Virus record (IMG/VR): IMGVR_UViG_3300033121_000981
Coordinates: 1 to 64,000 of that record
Length of the DNA: 64,000 nucleotides
Strand: one strand, 5' to 3'
Origin: a virus
Part shown: piece by piece, positions 1 through 8,244 of the stretch
How positions within the stretch are numbered: position 1 is the stretch's first letter
Layout of the letters: each line of letters begins with the position of its first letter
The notes under the pieces: generated by a model
Database searches by the model: none
What the model was told of the DNA's origin: nothing
The model's input: only the letters and a program-made list of their open reading frames with translations
Made by a program: the position numbers and the translations under genes

Positions 1-65
1 TATAATTTAGAAGAATTCCTTGATGAAATATTTGTCATGTGCGATGGAGATTGGAGTAAAGTTAA

Positions 66-356
66 GTGTGTATTGAAGTTGATAAATTAATTTCTGATAA
101 ACACATTGATGTATTGTTTCGCCCTGATGTCTTTAAAAGATTCATCGCAAACTATAAGCGTGAATTAAAAAGACGTTGGAGAGAACAAAGACATTTATAC
201 CAGAGCGGTACAACAAAGTATGATTGGATGGTAGCTATTGGTGTTAATGTTGATATATTAAATACTAAGATTACTAATAACAATTATATTAAAAACACAT
301 ACGACAAGAAATATTTTAATGTATATTCTCAAAACAATTGCCCCATATTTCCATAA
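66..356 (+). CDS. hypothetical protein; GTG start, overlaps the 3' end of an upstream partial ORF (1..90)
   Basis: ORF track; no recognisable motif. Confidence 0.3.
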   Translation: MCIEVDKLISDKHIDVLFRPDVFKRFIANYKRELKRRWREQRHLYQSGTTKYDWMVAIGVNVDILNTKITNNNYIKNTYDKKYFNVYSQNNCPIFP

Positions 357-448
357 AGGTTGTTTTTTTTTTGTGTCTCACCTTACCAGTAATATTCATT
401 AGGTGTTACTATTGTTGCTGGACATTTATTTGATAGGAGGATGCATTA

Positions 449-703
449 ATGTGGCCCTTTGTGCTTAAAAGTTATATTGAAACTTGCCCACATTTGCTTT
501 GGTATATTTATTCTGCAACTGTGATTATTTGTTGGTTCCTAATATTGCCAGCTATAATAAATAAGGAATATTCAAATATTTGTAGATTAAACACACCTGT
601 AATTATTATAATAGCGTTGTTCTCATCTTTCTTTCCTGTTATTAATTTCGGAGTTATGCTATCCATTTATTCTATAATTATAGCGACTTTGATGGATAGA
701 TGA
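449..703 (+). CDS. small hydrophobic membrane protein
   Basis: several predicted TM stretches; RBS GGAGG upstream. Confidence 0.4.
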   Translation: MWPFVLKSYIETCPHLLWYIYSATVIICWFLILPAIINKEYSNICRLNTPVIIIIALFSSFFPVINFGVMLSIYSIIIATLMDR

Positions 704-723
704 CAAAGATATTTTCATAAAGG

Positions 724-933
724 TTGTTTTGTATGATTTTGATAATTTTATTTTTTATAATATACTCTATTTCTGTCATAACATGCTATAATGTAATAGA
801 TATATTATACGGCAGTAGTGATGATTTTTGTCTTAAAAAGATAGTAGCTATATTTATTATTCATATTCCAATTTTAAACACAATGATTGCTCTAAGTTAT
901 TGGGCTTGGGAGGATGAAGACAAGTATGACTAA
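724..933 (+). CDS. small membrane protein
   Basis: hydrophobic N-terminus; preceded by motif CATAAAGGTTGTTTT that also occurs at 350. Confidence 0.35.
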   Translation: MFCMILIILFFIIYSISVITCYNVIDILYGSSDDFCLKKIVAIFIIHIPILNTMIALSYWAWEDEDKYD

Positions 934-1150
934 AGAAGAAATTAAACAAGTGTTGTTAGATATGGGAGTATTAAAAACACCATATTGTACATACTATTTT
1001 TATGAAATAAAACAGCAATATTGCTCTATTTGTGAAGATATGTATTCTGATGATAAATACTATGATTATGAGAAAGATTTAAATGAATTTGTAGAGAACA
1101 TTGATAGTGATTGTGGTGGTGATTTAGATATGGTGTGGATTTATGACTAA
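914..1150 (+). CDS. hypothetical acidic protein
   Basis: ORF track. Confidence 0.4.
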   Translation: MKTSMTKEEIKQVLLDMGVLKTPYCTYYFYEIKQQYCSICEDMYSDDKYYDYEKDLNEFVENIDSDCGGDLDMVWIYD

Positions 1151-1667
1151 TATATTCTTGATAGCTGACACGCATTTTGGGCACAGAGGAATTGTTGAAT
1201 TCTTACGAGCTGATGGTGTTACAAAAGAACGTCCTTGGTACAATGTAGAAGAAATGGATGAAGAGCTTATATCTAATTGGAACAGAGTTGTACGGCCTAA
1301 AGATAAAGTGTATCATCTAGGTGATGTTGTGATTAATAGAAGAGCTCTTCCTACTGTTGGTAGACTTAATGGGGAGAAAATACTAATCAAAGGAAATCAT
1401 GATTTATTCAAACCAGAAGAATATCTAAAATATTTCAAGGATGTTCGTGGAAGTCATAAACTAGATAATTACATCCTAACACATATACCAATTCATCCTG
1501 ACAGTTTAGCTCGGTGGACTAATGGAAACATTCATGGTCATCTACATTTTAATAATGTAAGGCTCCCAGATGGCAGCATCGATAAAAGATATTTTTGCAT
1601 TAGTGTGGAACAAATAAATTATACACCAATAGCTTTTGAAGAACTTAAAACAATTCTTAAATATTAA
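1143..1667 (+). CDS. calcineurin-like metallophosphoesterase
   Basis: motifs DTHFG, GDVV..R and GNHD typical of the metallophosphatase fold. Confidence 0.8.
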   Translation: MTNIFLIADTHFGHRGIVEFLRADGVTKERPWYNVEEMDEELISNWNRVVRPKDKVYHLGDVVINRRALPTVGRLNGEKILIKGNHDLFKPEEYLKYFKDVRGSHKLDNYILTHIPIHPDSLARWTNGNIHGHLHFNNVRLPDGSIDKRYFCISVEQINYTPIAFEELKTILKY

Positions 1668-1787
1668 AACTATTACACATTTTAAAGACATGAAAGTGGC
1701 AGTAGCAACACATCTTGGATAATATTTACAAGAATGGAAAAATGCGTAATAAAAAAAAACATTAACTAGAAAAATATTAAAATTATT

Positions 1788-2123
1788 ATGAATAATTTAA
1801 AGATATTAGAAGAAGTATTAGCAAAAGATATAGATTTATACCCTGAAACTTGGAAACCTTCCTATATCAACGAAGAACCTGATTTTCGTAAGAATGGTAT
1901 TGCAATTCGCCCATATAAAATAGGGGTATGTTTTGGAGTGAAAGGGTATACTAATAATGTTAATTTTGATTTCTCTTCAAGCTCAATATATAAAGCTTGT
2001 GTTAAATTAATAGATTTCCATAAAAATATCCAAAAACAAAAAGAAGAACAAGCTAGGAATGAAGAAGCGTTAAACATATTGAAATTATTTACAAAAATAG
2101 AAATAAATGTTTATAAACAATAA
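1788..2123 (+). CDS. hypothetical protein
   Basis: ORF track. Confidence 0.5.
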   Translation: MNNLKILEEVLAKDIDLYPETWKPSYINEEPDFRKNGIAIRPYKIGVCFGVKGYTNNVNFDFSSSSIYKACVKLIDFHKNIQKQKEEQARNEEALNILKLFTKIEINVYKQ

Positions 2124-2421
2124 AGAACAAGAATTAATAGACGACGTAATGGATAGTTTAGATTTTCAAAAAATAGCTTCTGTTATGGAATATTTAAATT
2201 GGAAATGGGCTGGAAAAGAATTTCCTATTTCTTTAAAGACATTAAAGACAAGTGTTAGAACACGTTTAAAAGCTTTAGTTATTGAAAGTGCAAATAATAA
2301 AGAATTTTATATGGCTTCTGGAGGATTCTTTTACACAGCTTTTAGGAATAAAGAAAATGAATTAGAAGAAATTCATGTTAAATTTTGTATAGAAGACTAT
2401 GAAGCTATTTCTTGTAATTGA
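2107..2421 (+). CDS. hypothetical protein
   Basis: ORF track. Confidence 0.5.
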   Translation: MFINNKEQELIDDVMDSLDFQKIASVMEYLNWKWAGKEFPISLKTLKTSVRTRLKALVIESANNKEFYMASGGFFYTAFRNKENELEEIHVKFCIEDYEAISCN

Positions 2422-2482
2422 ATGCATGGCCTATAATCAATTTAAATTAACTATGTAATACCAACACATCACTTATGTTAAA

Positions 2483-2503
2483 AGAGGGCCGTATGAGCCC
2501 TCT
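2483..2503. terminator. hairpin AGAGGGC-N7-GCCCTCT between convergent genes; probable bidirectional terminator
   Basis: 7-bp GC-rich stem, T-run on the minus-strand side. Confidence 0.4.
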
Positions 2504-2512
2504 AATACGTTT

Positions 2513-3151
2513 CTATAGGCATTTATATTGTTCTTGCTTTGTATTATATTCTAATTCGTATTTATCTAAACTATCTTTCCATTGTTTAATATTCCTAACT
2601 ACTGATGTCATAGGAAGAGAATATTTATCTGCAATAGCTTCGTATCCAAAACCGTTTACCCTATCCTCACACATAGCTCTCATTATTTCTGGTGTTATTT
2701 TAGGAGGACGACCAAACAGCTTCCCTTCAGCCTTAGCTCTAGCTAATCCAGAGTTAGTACGCTCAATAATAATATTACGTTCTAGCTCCGCAGCAGCAGC
2801 CATTACAGTAATAATCATTTTACCCATCGAACTAGTAAGGTCAATACCATCAAATTGTAATACTCTAAGTTTAATCTTGAGACGTTTAAACTCATCGATA
2901 GTGTGCAAAATATCTGAAGCTGTACGTCCAAGCCTGTCTACCATTGTACATATGCAAGTGTCTCCAGCCTTAGCTTTCTCCATCATGGATGAGAAAGCAG
3001 GGCGTTCTAAAGCTTTAATGGAACCTGAAACACCCTCTTCAGCATACCATTCATCTACAGCATACCCTGCATTCGTAATTTCTAATTTTTGATTTTCTGT
3101 AGTTTGACCTTTTTTAGTTGTGCTGACGCGCAGGTATGCAAATATTGTCAT
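2513..3151 (-). CDS. small serine recombinase (resolvase/invertase family) with C-terminal HTH
   Basis: N-terminal YLRVSTxxQ catalytic-serine motif, DRLGR, 212 aa. Confidence 0.9.
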   Translation of the reverse strand: MTIFAYLRVSTTKKGQTTENQKLEITNAGYAVDEWYAEEGVSGSIKALERPAFSSMMEKAKAGDTCICTMVDRLGRTASDILHTIDEFKRLKIKLRVLQFDGIDLTSSMGKMIITVMAAAAELERNIIIERTNSGLARAKAEGKLFGRPPKITPEIMRAMCEDRVNGFGYEAIADKYSLPMTSVVRNIKQWKDSLDKYELEYNTKQEQYKCL

Positions 3152-3182
3152 GGAGTATTCCTATACATGTTTTATTCTGAAG

Positions 3183-3217
3183 ACATAATTGTACGAATAA
3201 TAGAATATTTCGTCAAT
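3183..3217 (-). promoter_or_regulatory. sigma70-like promoter for the recombinase gene, TTGACG-17-TACAAT
   Basis: read on minus strand; a 14-bp palindrome TTTTTTATAAAAAA lies just upstream at 3229-3242. Confidence 0.4.
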
Positions 3218-3336
3218 ATTTTTTATAAAAAATTTATTTTTAATTTCACATTTTTATTATTTTGCAGAAATTGCCATATAGAAAATATCGATAAGCTCAT
3301 AAATTTTCTTGTGGATAATTATAAATAGCTAATTTT

Positions 3337-3352
3337 GCTTAATTTTTGTGCA
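3337..3352. repeat. direct repeat GCTTAATTTTTGTGCA, copy 1
   Basis: exact 16-mer repeated at 3718-3733. Confidence 0.6.
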
Positions 3353-3717
3353 GGATATACTTTTGTGTTGTTTTTTGGAAATAACGCTGCAAAGTCGTCT
3401 GCGGGGCTTAATAGGGTTTTCGGGGTTGATTTTAGACTTTTATATACAGCAAAATATCTAGGTTGTCAAGTGTTTTCTTTCACTTTTAACGATTATTTTG
3501 CTTGTAAGTGGTTGATTTACAACACTTTACCGAAAACAACCGTTTGTGGTAATGATTTAAAGTAACTTTTGATTGAATTTGTAAGGTATACCTATGTCAG
3601 AATGCTTCATAGGCTTTATTAGAGCGCTTACAGTGAATTATTTTGTGTTGGTAATAGGAGGGTACGCTTAAATGTAAAAACGCTGCTATGAGGCTGTAAT
3701 TGATTTCTATTAGAAGT

Positions 3718-3774
3718 GCTTAATTTTTGTGCAACTTGTAAAATTACAAGTAATTATTGTATCCTGTAGGATAC
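3718..3774. repeat. direct repeat copy 2 followed by two palindromes (CTTGTAAAATTACAAG and GTATCCTGTAGGATAC)
   Basis: seen directly; possible recombinase or regulator binding sites. Confidence 0.5.
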
Positions 3775-4060
3775 AGAAGAGAAGCACGCATGAAAACGTC
3801 GCCACTATTAGTTATCATATATGCTCTTATACACTACATATAGTAACGCATACACAAAATACTACTAGATATAGTGATATCACATATAATATGCAGTAAC
3901 ATTCATTAGCACTATACAAGCATTGGACACAACATCGGACACATGCACATATAACACACATCTTAACATACATATTCTTACGCATTATCATATAAACGAT
4001 ACCCTTACCTATAATTATTAGTATGTTATAAATGACGCGCAGATCGTATATGAATAGCAA

Positions 4061-4100
4061 TAAAAAAAAATACCCGCACAAGGCGGGCTATTCTTCTTTT
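4061..4100. terminator. intrinsic terminator, A9-CCCGC-acaag-GCGGG-T-rich; strongest on the minus strand
   Basis: GC hairpin flanked by A9 and TTCTTCTTTT. Confidence 0.6.
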
Positions 4101-4237
4101 ATTCTTTCTACAATATACCTATACGCGCCATATTCAGCATCTAATTTATCAGCTTGCAATGATGCTTTAAGCCTTGTTTTATATATTGTCTTTAGATAGT
4201 GTTTTATCTTAGTGTCATAAATTCTATACATATAGGA

Positions 4238-4531
4238 TTATTCTTCCCAGTATCGAATAGTCATAACATTGCCTAATTCTTCATAATCCGTCACAAGCTT
4301 ACAATAATATTCTTGACAATATTCTTTTAATTGTCCTCTATTAACTTTTACTGAATTATTATAAACATGCGCTTGCAGCATCTTAAACGCTTCTTTAGTA
4401 GTAAGATTTTGATCGAAGTAAAAGTTACTATTAAGCAACTCTAACCTGTCTTTATCATAGCATATAAAATAACGCTCTATATTGTTTTTCATAATTACCC
4501 CATAAATAACACATAAACAAATCCAGCGCAA
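4238..4531 (-). CDS. hypothetical early protein
   Basis: ORF track; start probably at internal Met MKNNIERY. Confidence 0.5.
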   Translation of the reverse strand: MRWICLCVIYGVIMKNNIERYFICYDKDRLELLNSNFYFDQNLTTKEAFKMLQAHVYNNSVKVNRGQLKEYCQEYYCKLVTDYEELGNVMTIRYWEE

Positions 4532-4605
4532 CTAACACATAATAATGCTATTGTCAAATAACACGCCATAAAAAATTTATCGTATGATTCTAATATTGCC
4601 ATGTA

Positions 4606-4941
4606 TCAATGTCCCAGCATTTTATTAATTTCAACCTCAAGAATAGCTGCCTTATTCCAACGATTCTCTATGATAGTATACTCTTGTATATATGTATTAT
4701 ACACTGCATTAATATATAAATACAATTCTTCTTCACTTAAATGCAAGCAGTTTAATGTATCTTTTTTAAAGGATGGAAATGTTTTAAACGTTTCACCCAG
4801 AATTGTTTTTACTCTCTCAATTGCGCCATTTTGCTTTTCTGCGATATGTATTTCTTCGCTAACACATTTATTAAATATCAATGTAAATGTATCATCAATT
4901 GATGGATATATGTTAAAATAGAATGGGGCTTTAATTTGCAT
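4606..4941 (-). CDS. hypothetical early protein
   Basis: ORF track. Confidence 0.5.
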   Translation of the reverse strand: MQIKAPFYFNIYPSIDDTFTLIFNKCVSEEIHIAEKQNGAIERVKTILGETFKTFPSFKKDTLNCLHLSEEELYLYINAVYNTYIQEYTIIENRWNKAAILEVEINKMLGH

Positions 4942-4944
4942 AAT

Positions 4945-5151
4945 TTAATTGTCACAGTAGATATCTTCAAAATAAGATTTTGCTTTTTCTACAATATCTT
5001 TCATATCTTTAGTTCTGTTCTCATACTGCATTAAAGCAAAATTTACAGAAATGACTTCAGGCTTTTGTTGAAAATCATGCCAAGATTTTGGGTGCAACTT
5101 TTGAGAATTTGATTTTATTGTCTCTCTGACTAATTTTTGAGTGATTTTCAT
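4945..5151 (-). CDS. hypothetical early protein
   Basis: ORF track; promoter cassette copy just upstream. Confidence 0.5.
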   Translation of the reverse strand: MKITQKLVRETIKSNSQKLHPKSWHDFQQKPEVISVNFALMQYENRTKDMKDIVEKAKSYFEDIYCDN

Positions 5152-5176
5152 TTTAAATTTACCTTTCTGATTAATT

Positions 5177-5257
5177 TAAACAATATAGATAGTATATACA
5201 CGTTTATTTATTAAATCAAGAATTATTTTCACTTTTTAAAATTGCTTCTAAATCAAT
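5177..5257. repeat. about 80-bp direct repeat, left copy flanking the GC-rich island; includes a duplicated 3' end of gene 5793-6230 (..LEAILKSENNS)
   Basis: about 93 percent identical to 5753-5834. Confidence 0.7.
5191..5219 (-). promoter_or_regulatory. early promoter cassette copy 1, TTGATT-17-TATACT
   Basis: one of five near-identical cassettes ATATACACGTTTATTTAATAAATCAAG. Confidence 0.6.
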
Positions 5258-5406
5258 AATTTTCATTTTATAATCCTTTTATAAGTTAATTAATAAAACA
5301 ATATCAAACAAATTTACGCCAACCATTTTTACAACGTTTGTCTCGTTTAAATCCAAGTTTTGCAGCTGCTATGATGACCAGTGCATCAAATTCAGGGAGT
5401 GGCGGT

Positions 5407-5619
5407 TCATGCTTGCACCACCTTCGCAAAGTTCGGCACGGTGCCTGGAACAAACCCAGCGACACGGAAAGAATGAAAACCGGCGGCACTTGCGGCGGCT
5501 TTCACCTTTTCGATGTTTTTGGCGGCTTTGTCAGTCACGGGGAAGCAAGCGAGTAAATCTTCCATATAGTCGCGGGTTTCGCCGCGCTTCAGTCCATAAA
5601 TGAGAATTTCGGGTTTCAT
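5407..5619 (-). CDS. moron ORF in GC-rich island, 70 aa; the open frame continues in a second frame (5304-5489), so possibly a frameshifted or longer gene
   Basis: GC-rich third codon positions unlike the rest of the phage; RBS AAGGA; own consensus promoter upstream. Confidence 0.5.
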   Translation of the reverse strand: MKPEILIYGLKRGETRDYMEDLLACFPVTDKAAKNIEKVKAAASAAGFHSFRVAGFVPGTVPNFAKVVQA

Positions 5620-5658
5620 GTGTCAGTCCTTTACGTTTACGGGTTATTGATAGGTTCT

Positions 5659-5686
5659 ATTATAACACAGTGGGTTTAATTGTCAA
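5659..5686 (-). promoter_or_regulatory. consensus sigma70 promoter TTGACA-16-TGtTATAAT inside the GC-rich island
   Basis: perfect -35 and extended -10, read on minus strand, about 40 nt upstream of the island ORF. Confidence 0.6.
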
Positions 5687-5752
5687 GCACTTTTTGACAC
5701 ACTGGGTAAAATTCCCAACTTGTACGCAAAAATCGCGGCGTCCCGTTCTTCT

Positions 5753-5834
5753 TTAAACAATATAACTATTATATACACGTTTATTTAATAAATCAAGAAT
5801 TATTTTCACTTTTTAAAATTGCTTCTAAATCGAT
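5753..5834. repeat. about 80-bp direct repeat, right copy flanking the GC-rich island; contains early promoter copy 2 (TTGATT-17-TATAAT at 5768-5796)
   Basis: matches 5177-5257. Confidence 0.7.
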
Positions 5835-6182
5835 ATCTGTTGTTATCATCTCAACATGCATTATGTATAATGTACACCACAAATCAATCTCACCTTTTTC
5901 GAATTTGTTGTAATTTTCCGCGGAAATTTTATGACACTCAAATGCTTTTAATTGTAGCACCTGAACATCGATTCTACCTAAATCATCGCACGAGTTTAAC
6001 AATATATCATCACGCGTACAATTAAATTCTTCTTGCAATTTTTGTAATAATTTTGTTATTGTGCTTGCCTTTATGTCAATCTTTCCCCATTCATGTAATG
6101 TTTCACCGTAGCAACCTTCCAAATATTTATCTTTTTCTGAGATAGCATGGTAATCATTTATTACATAATATTTAATAGCCAT
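5793..6182 (-). CDS. hypothetical early protein, about 130 aa from Met MAIKYY
   Basis: ORF track; stop codon overlaps the -35 of promoter copy 2. Confidence 0.55.
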   Translation of the reverse strand: MAIKYYVINDYHAISEKDKYLEGCYGETLHEWGKIDIKASTITKLLQKLQEEFNCTRDDILLNSCDDLGRIDVQVLQLKAFECHKISAENYNKFEKGEIDLWCTLYIMHVEMITTDIDLEAILKSENNS

Positions 6183-6268
6183 GTTATAGCCCCCCTGTTT
6201 TAATAATATAAACCACCACAACAGGCACAAAAATTATAGCACCAGCAATCATCCCTTCAAAGAATGTT

Positions 6269-6469
6269 TTAATGTTTTTCATTTTTAAATCCATATTTCG
6301 TAGCAATGAATAATTCTTTACCAGTCAATTCTCGATTAGCACTTATTTGATTTGCTTTTTCTCGAATATATTTGCCAGCAATAGCCTCACAACACAATTT
6401 TTCTACGCTTGTGTGACACGCTCGCAGTTCTAATTGTAAATCATTATATAAATTAATAATGATACTCAT
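6269..6469 (-). CDS. hypothetical early protein
   Basis: ORF track; degenerate promoter cassette upstream. Confidence 0.45.
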   Translation of the reverse strand: MSIIINLYNDLQLELRACHTSVEKLCCEAIAGKYIREKANQISANRELTGKELFIATKYGFKNEKH

Positions 6470-6570
6470 GTCGACACCCCTTAAAGTTAATCATTCAATA
6501 CAGAGTATTATATATAAAATAAACACTAATGTAAACAATATAAGAATTATATCACAAATTTAGCGTTGTT

Positions 6571-6810
6571 TTACATACGTACTTCTATTGTAAACTTCAT
6601 ACATCCGTTTGTATATTCTATATAATAACCAGTATCGTACAAAGAGCTTCCGCAAGATTCATCAATTTTTCTTAATTTTGTTTTTTGACAAAATCCAAAT
6701 TCGTATCTAAAATCTTTGAAATTTGTTGAAGTTATTTTTCTGCCGCAAATATTTCTCATAAAGAGAAAACAATCATAATTTTTAAGATAAAAATTAATAT
6801 TATTTTTCAT
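6571..6810 (-). CDS. hypothetical early protein
   Basis: ORF track; promoter copy 3 upstream. Confidence 0.55.
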   Translation of the reverse strand: MKNNINFYLKNYDCFLFMRNICGRKITSTNFKDFRYEFGFCQKTKLRKIDESCGSSLYDTGYYIEYTNGCMKFTIEVRM

Positions 6811-6846
6811 TTCATTACCTTTCTAATTAATATAAACAATATAGAT

Positions 6847-6875
6847 AGTATATACACGTTTATTTAATAAATCAA
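6847..6875 (-). promoter_or_regulatory. early promoter cassette copy 3, TTGATT-17-TATACT
   Basis: sequence match to the other copies. Confidence 0.6.
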
Positions 6876-7109
6876 GTATTTTCTTTATAAATTCCTTTAT
6901 CATTCTCATTTTTCCATTCCTTGCAAAAAAGCCTTGACAAACTTTTAAATTGCACTATTCCAGAATGTTTTGTGATGACAACATAATAAGCACCTTGTTT
7001 TTTAATTTCGTAGAATTCTTTATTGTCAAGCATTTTCTTTTCCTAAATTTACATTATTTAATACTAAAATTCGATAATTTTTCGCAGTAATTCTGCGCGT
7101 GTTTTTGTT

Positions 7110-7406
7110 TTATTCGCCATTCTCTTCCTCTTTTTTATCAAAATCTTTTAATTCCATGTCAAGCAAATAATGTTTTATAAACATTGGTTCTATTGTATAA
7201 AGCAATTCTGTGAGATTTTTAAGAAAATTAAAATAGTCCTTTTTTTCAACTAAACCACCTTTATTAATCTCAAACAATTGCATTAAATACTCACGTATTA
7301 AATGCAATTGTTTTTGTTGGTTATCAATAATGCAACGCTTCGCTTGTTCTTCAGTTGAAAATAAATCATTACAATTATTAATTTTATATATAATAAATTT
7401 TTTCAT
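7110..7406 (-). CDS. hypothetical early protein
   Basis: ORF track. Confidence 0.55.
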   Translation of the reverse strand: MKKFIIYKINNCNDLFSTEEQAKRCIIDNQQKQLHLIREYLMQLFEINKGGLVEKKDYFNFLKNLTELLYTIEPMFIKHYLLDMELKDFDKKEEENGE

Positions 7407-7729
7407 TTTAATAATTCCTCAATTCGTTCTAAAAATATAATATCCTTGATTGTCTCTTCCATTCCTTCTCGATAAATTGTTTCTATTGAATCGTATGAAA
7501 TTATACGATATTTATTTCCATCGAAATCAAACGTAAAATCGTCAAAATTATTGGCACCTTCTAAGTCGATCAGCGCAATATATAAATCATCAATATCAAA
7601 ATCTCCTATATAGTGATGCTCTTTAATAATCGATGATAAAATTGTTATTGTATCGTCATCTATATTATCGTTTGAGTAATAATTTGATAAACCTGCTCTA
7701 ATATACTCTGTTATTTCTGTTACATTCAT
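7403..7729 (-). CDS. hypothetical acidic early protein
   Basis: ORF track; Asp/Glu-rich. Confidence 0.55.
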   Translation of the reverse strand: MNVTEITEYIRAGLSNYYSNDNIDDDTITILSSIIKEHHYIGDFDIDDLYIALIDLEGANNFDDFTFDFDGNKYRIISYDSIETIYREGMEETIKDIIFLERIEELLK

Positions 7730-7753
7730 TTTTTAATTTTCTCTCTCTATTTA

Positions 7754-8182
7754 TTAATAATCTTGCAATAATTCCCTAATATTATCAATTTCTTTTTGTG
7801 TAAACACTTTTAGTAACTGTTTACCAATGTTGCAGCATTGTTTATATATGTTGAACGCGTGTATCGAATCGCTATCATATCCAAAATTACTACACCAATT
7901 TTCAAAACTCTCATCAAGCGATGTAGCATCCCAAACCAAACTATGTAAAACATCTGAATTTTTAGGTCTAACAGGCCTAGAAACCCCATATTTAAATTGT
8001 TTGCGAAGCCCGACTCCGGTGAAATAATTAAACATTTCCATCGCGTAGCCATTATTTGTTCTAATTATCACGTTCCATTGGTCGACAAAACTTTTCTTAT
8101 CACCCCAAGGTGAAGGCACTTCACCAACAAAATATATCTTTATTAAATCTGTGTTATCTATATCTTCAATCGAATTAAACAT
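7754..8182 (-). CDS. hypothetical early protein
   Basis: ORF track; promoter copy 4 upstream. Confidence 0.6.
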   Translation of the reverse strand: MFNSIEDIDNTDLIKIYFVGEVPSPWGDKKSFVDQWNVIIRTNNGYAMEMFNYFTGVGLRKQFKYGVSRPVRPKNSDVLHSLVWDATSLDESFENWCSNFGYDSDSIHAFNIYKQCCNIGKQLLKVFTQKEIDNIRELLQDY

Positions 8183-8215
8183 TCTTATATCCTCTTAAAA
8201 TTAAACAATACAAAC

Positions 8216-8244
8216 ATTATATACACTTTTATTTATTTTGTAAA
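8216..8244 (-). promoter_or_regulatory. early promoter cassette copy 4, TTTACA-17-TATAAT
   Basis: sequence match. Confidence 0.55.

Noticed and set aside
1-90. Partial plus-strand ORF ending at 90 (..LEEFLDEIFVMCDGDWSKVKCVLKLIN)
   Set aside because: Probably the true 3' end of an upstream gene cut by the window edge, but it has no start in the window and overlaps 66-356; not listed as a feature.
2475-3092. 205-aa plus-strand ORF
   Set aside because: Fully antisense to the serine recombinase gene, which has clear catalytic motifs.
3827-4081. 84-aa Cys/Val-rich minus-strand ORF
   Set aside because: Low-complexity translation of a GT-rich strand in a non-coding tract; no RBS; crosses the terminator.
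5338-5603. Plus-strand ORFs in the GC-rich island
   Set aside because: Antisense to the minus-strand ORF that has a consensus promoter, RBS and coherent codon usage; translations look non-protein-like.
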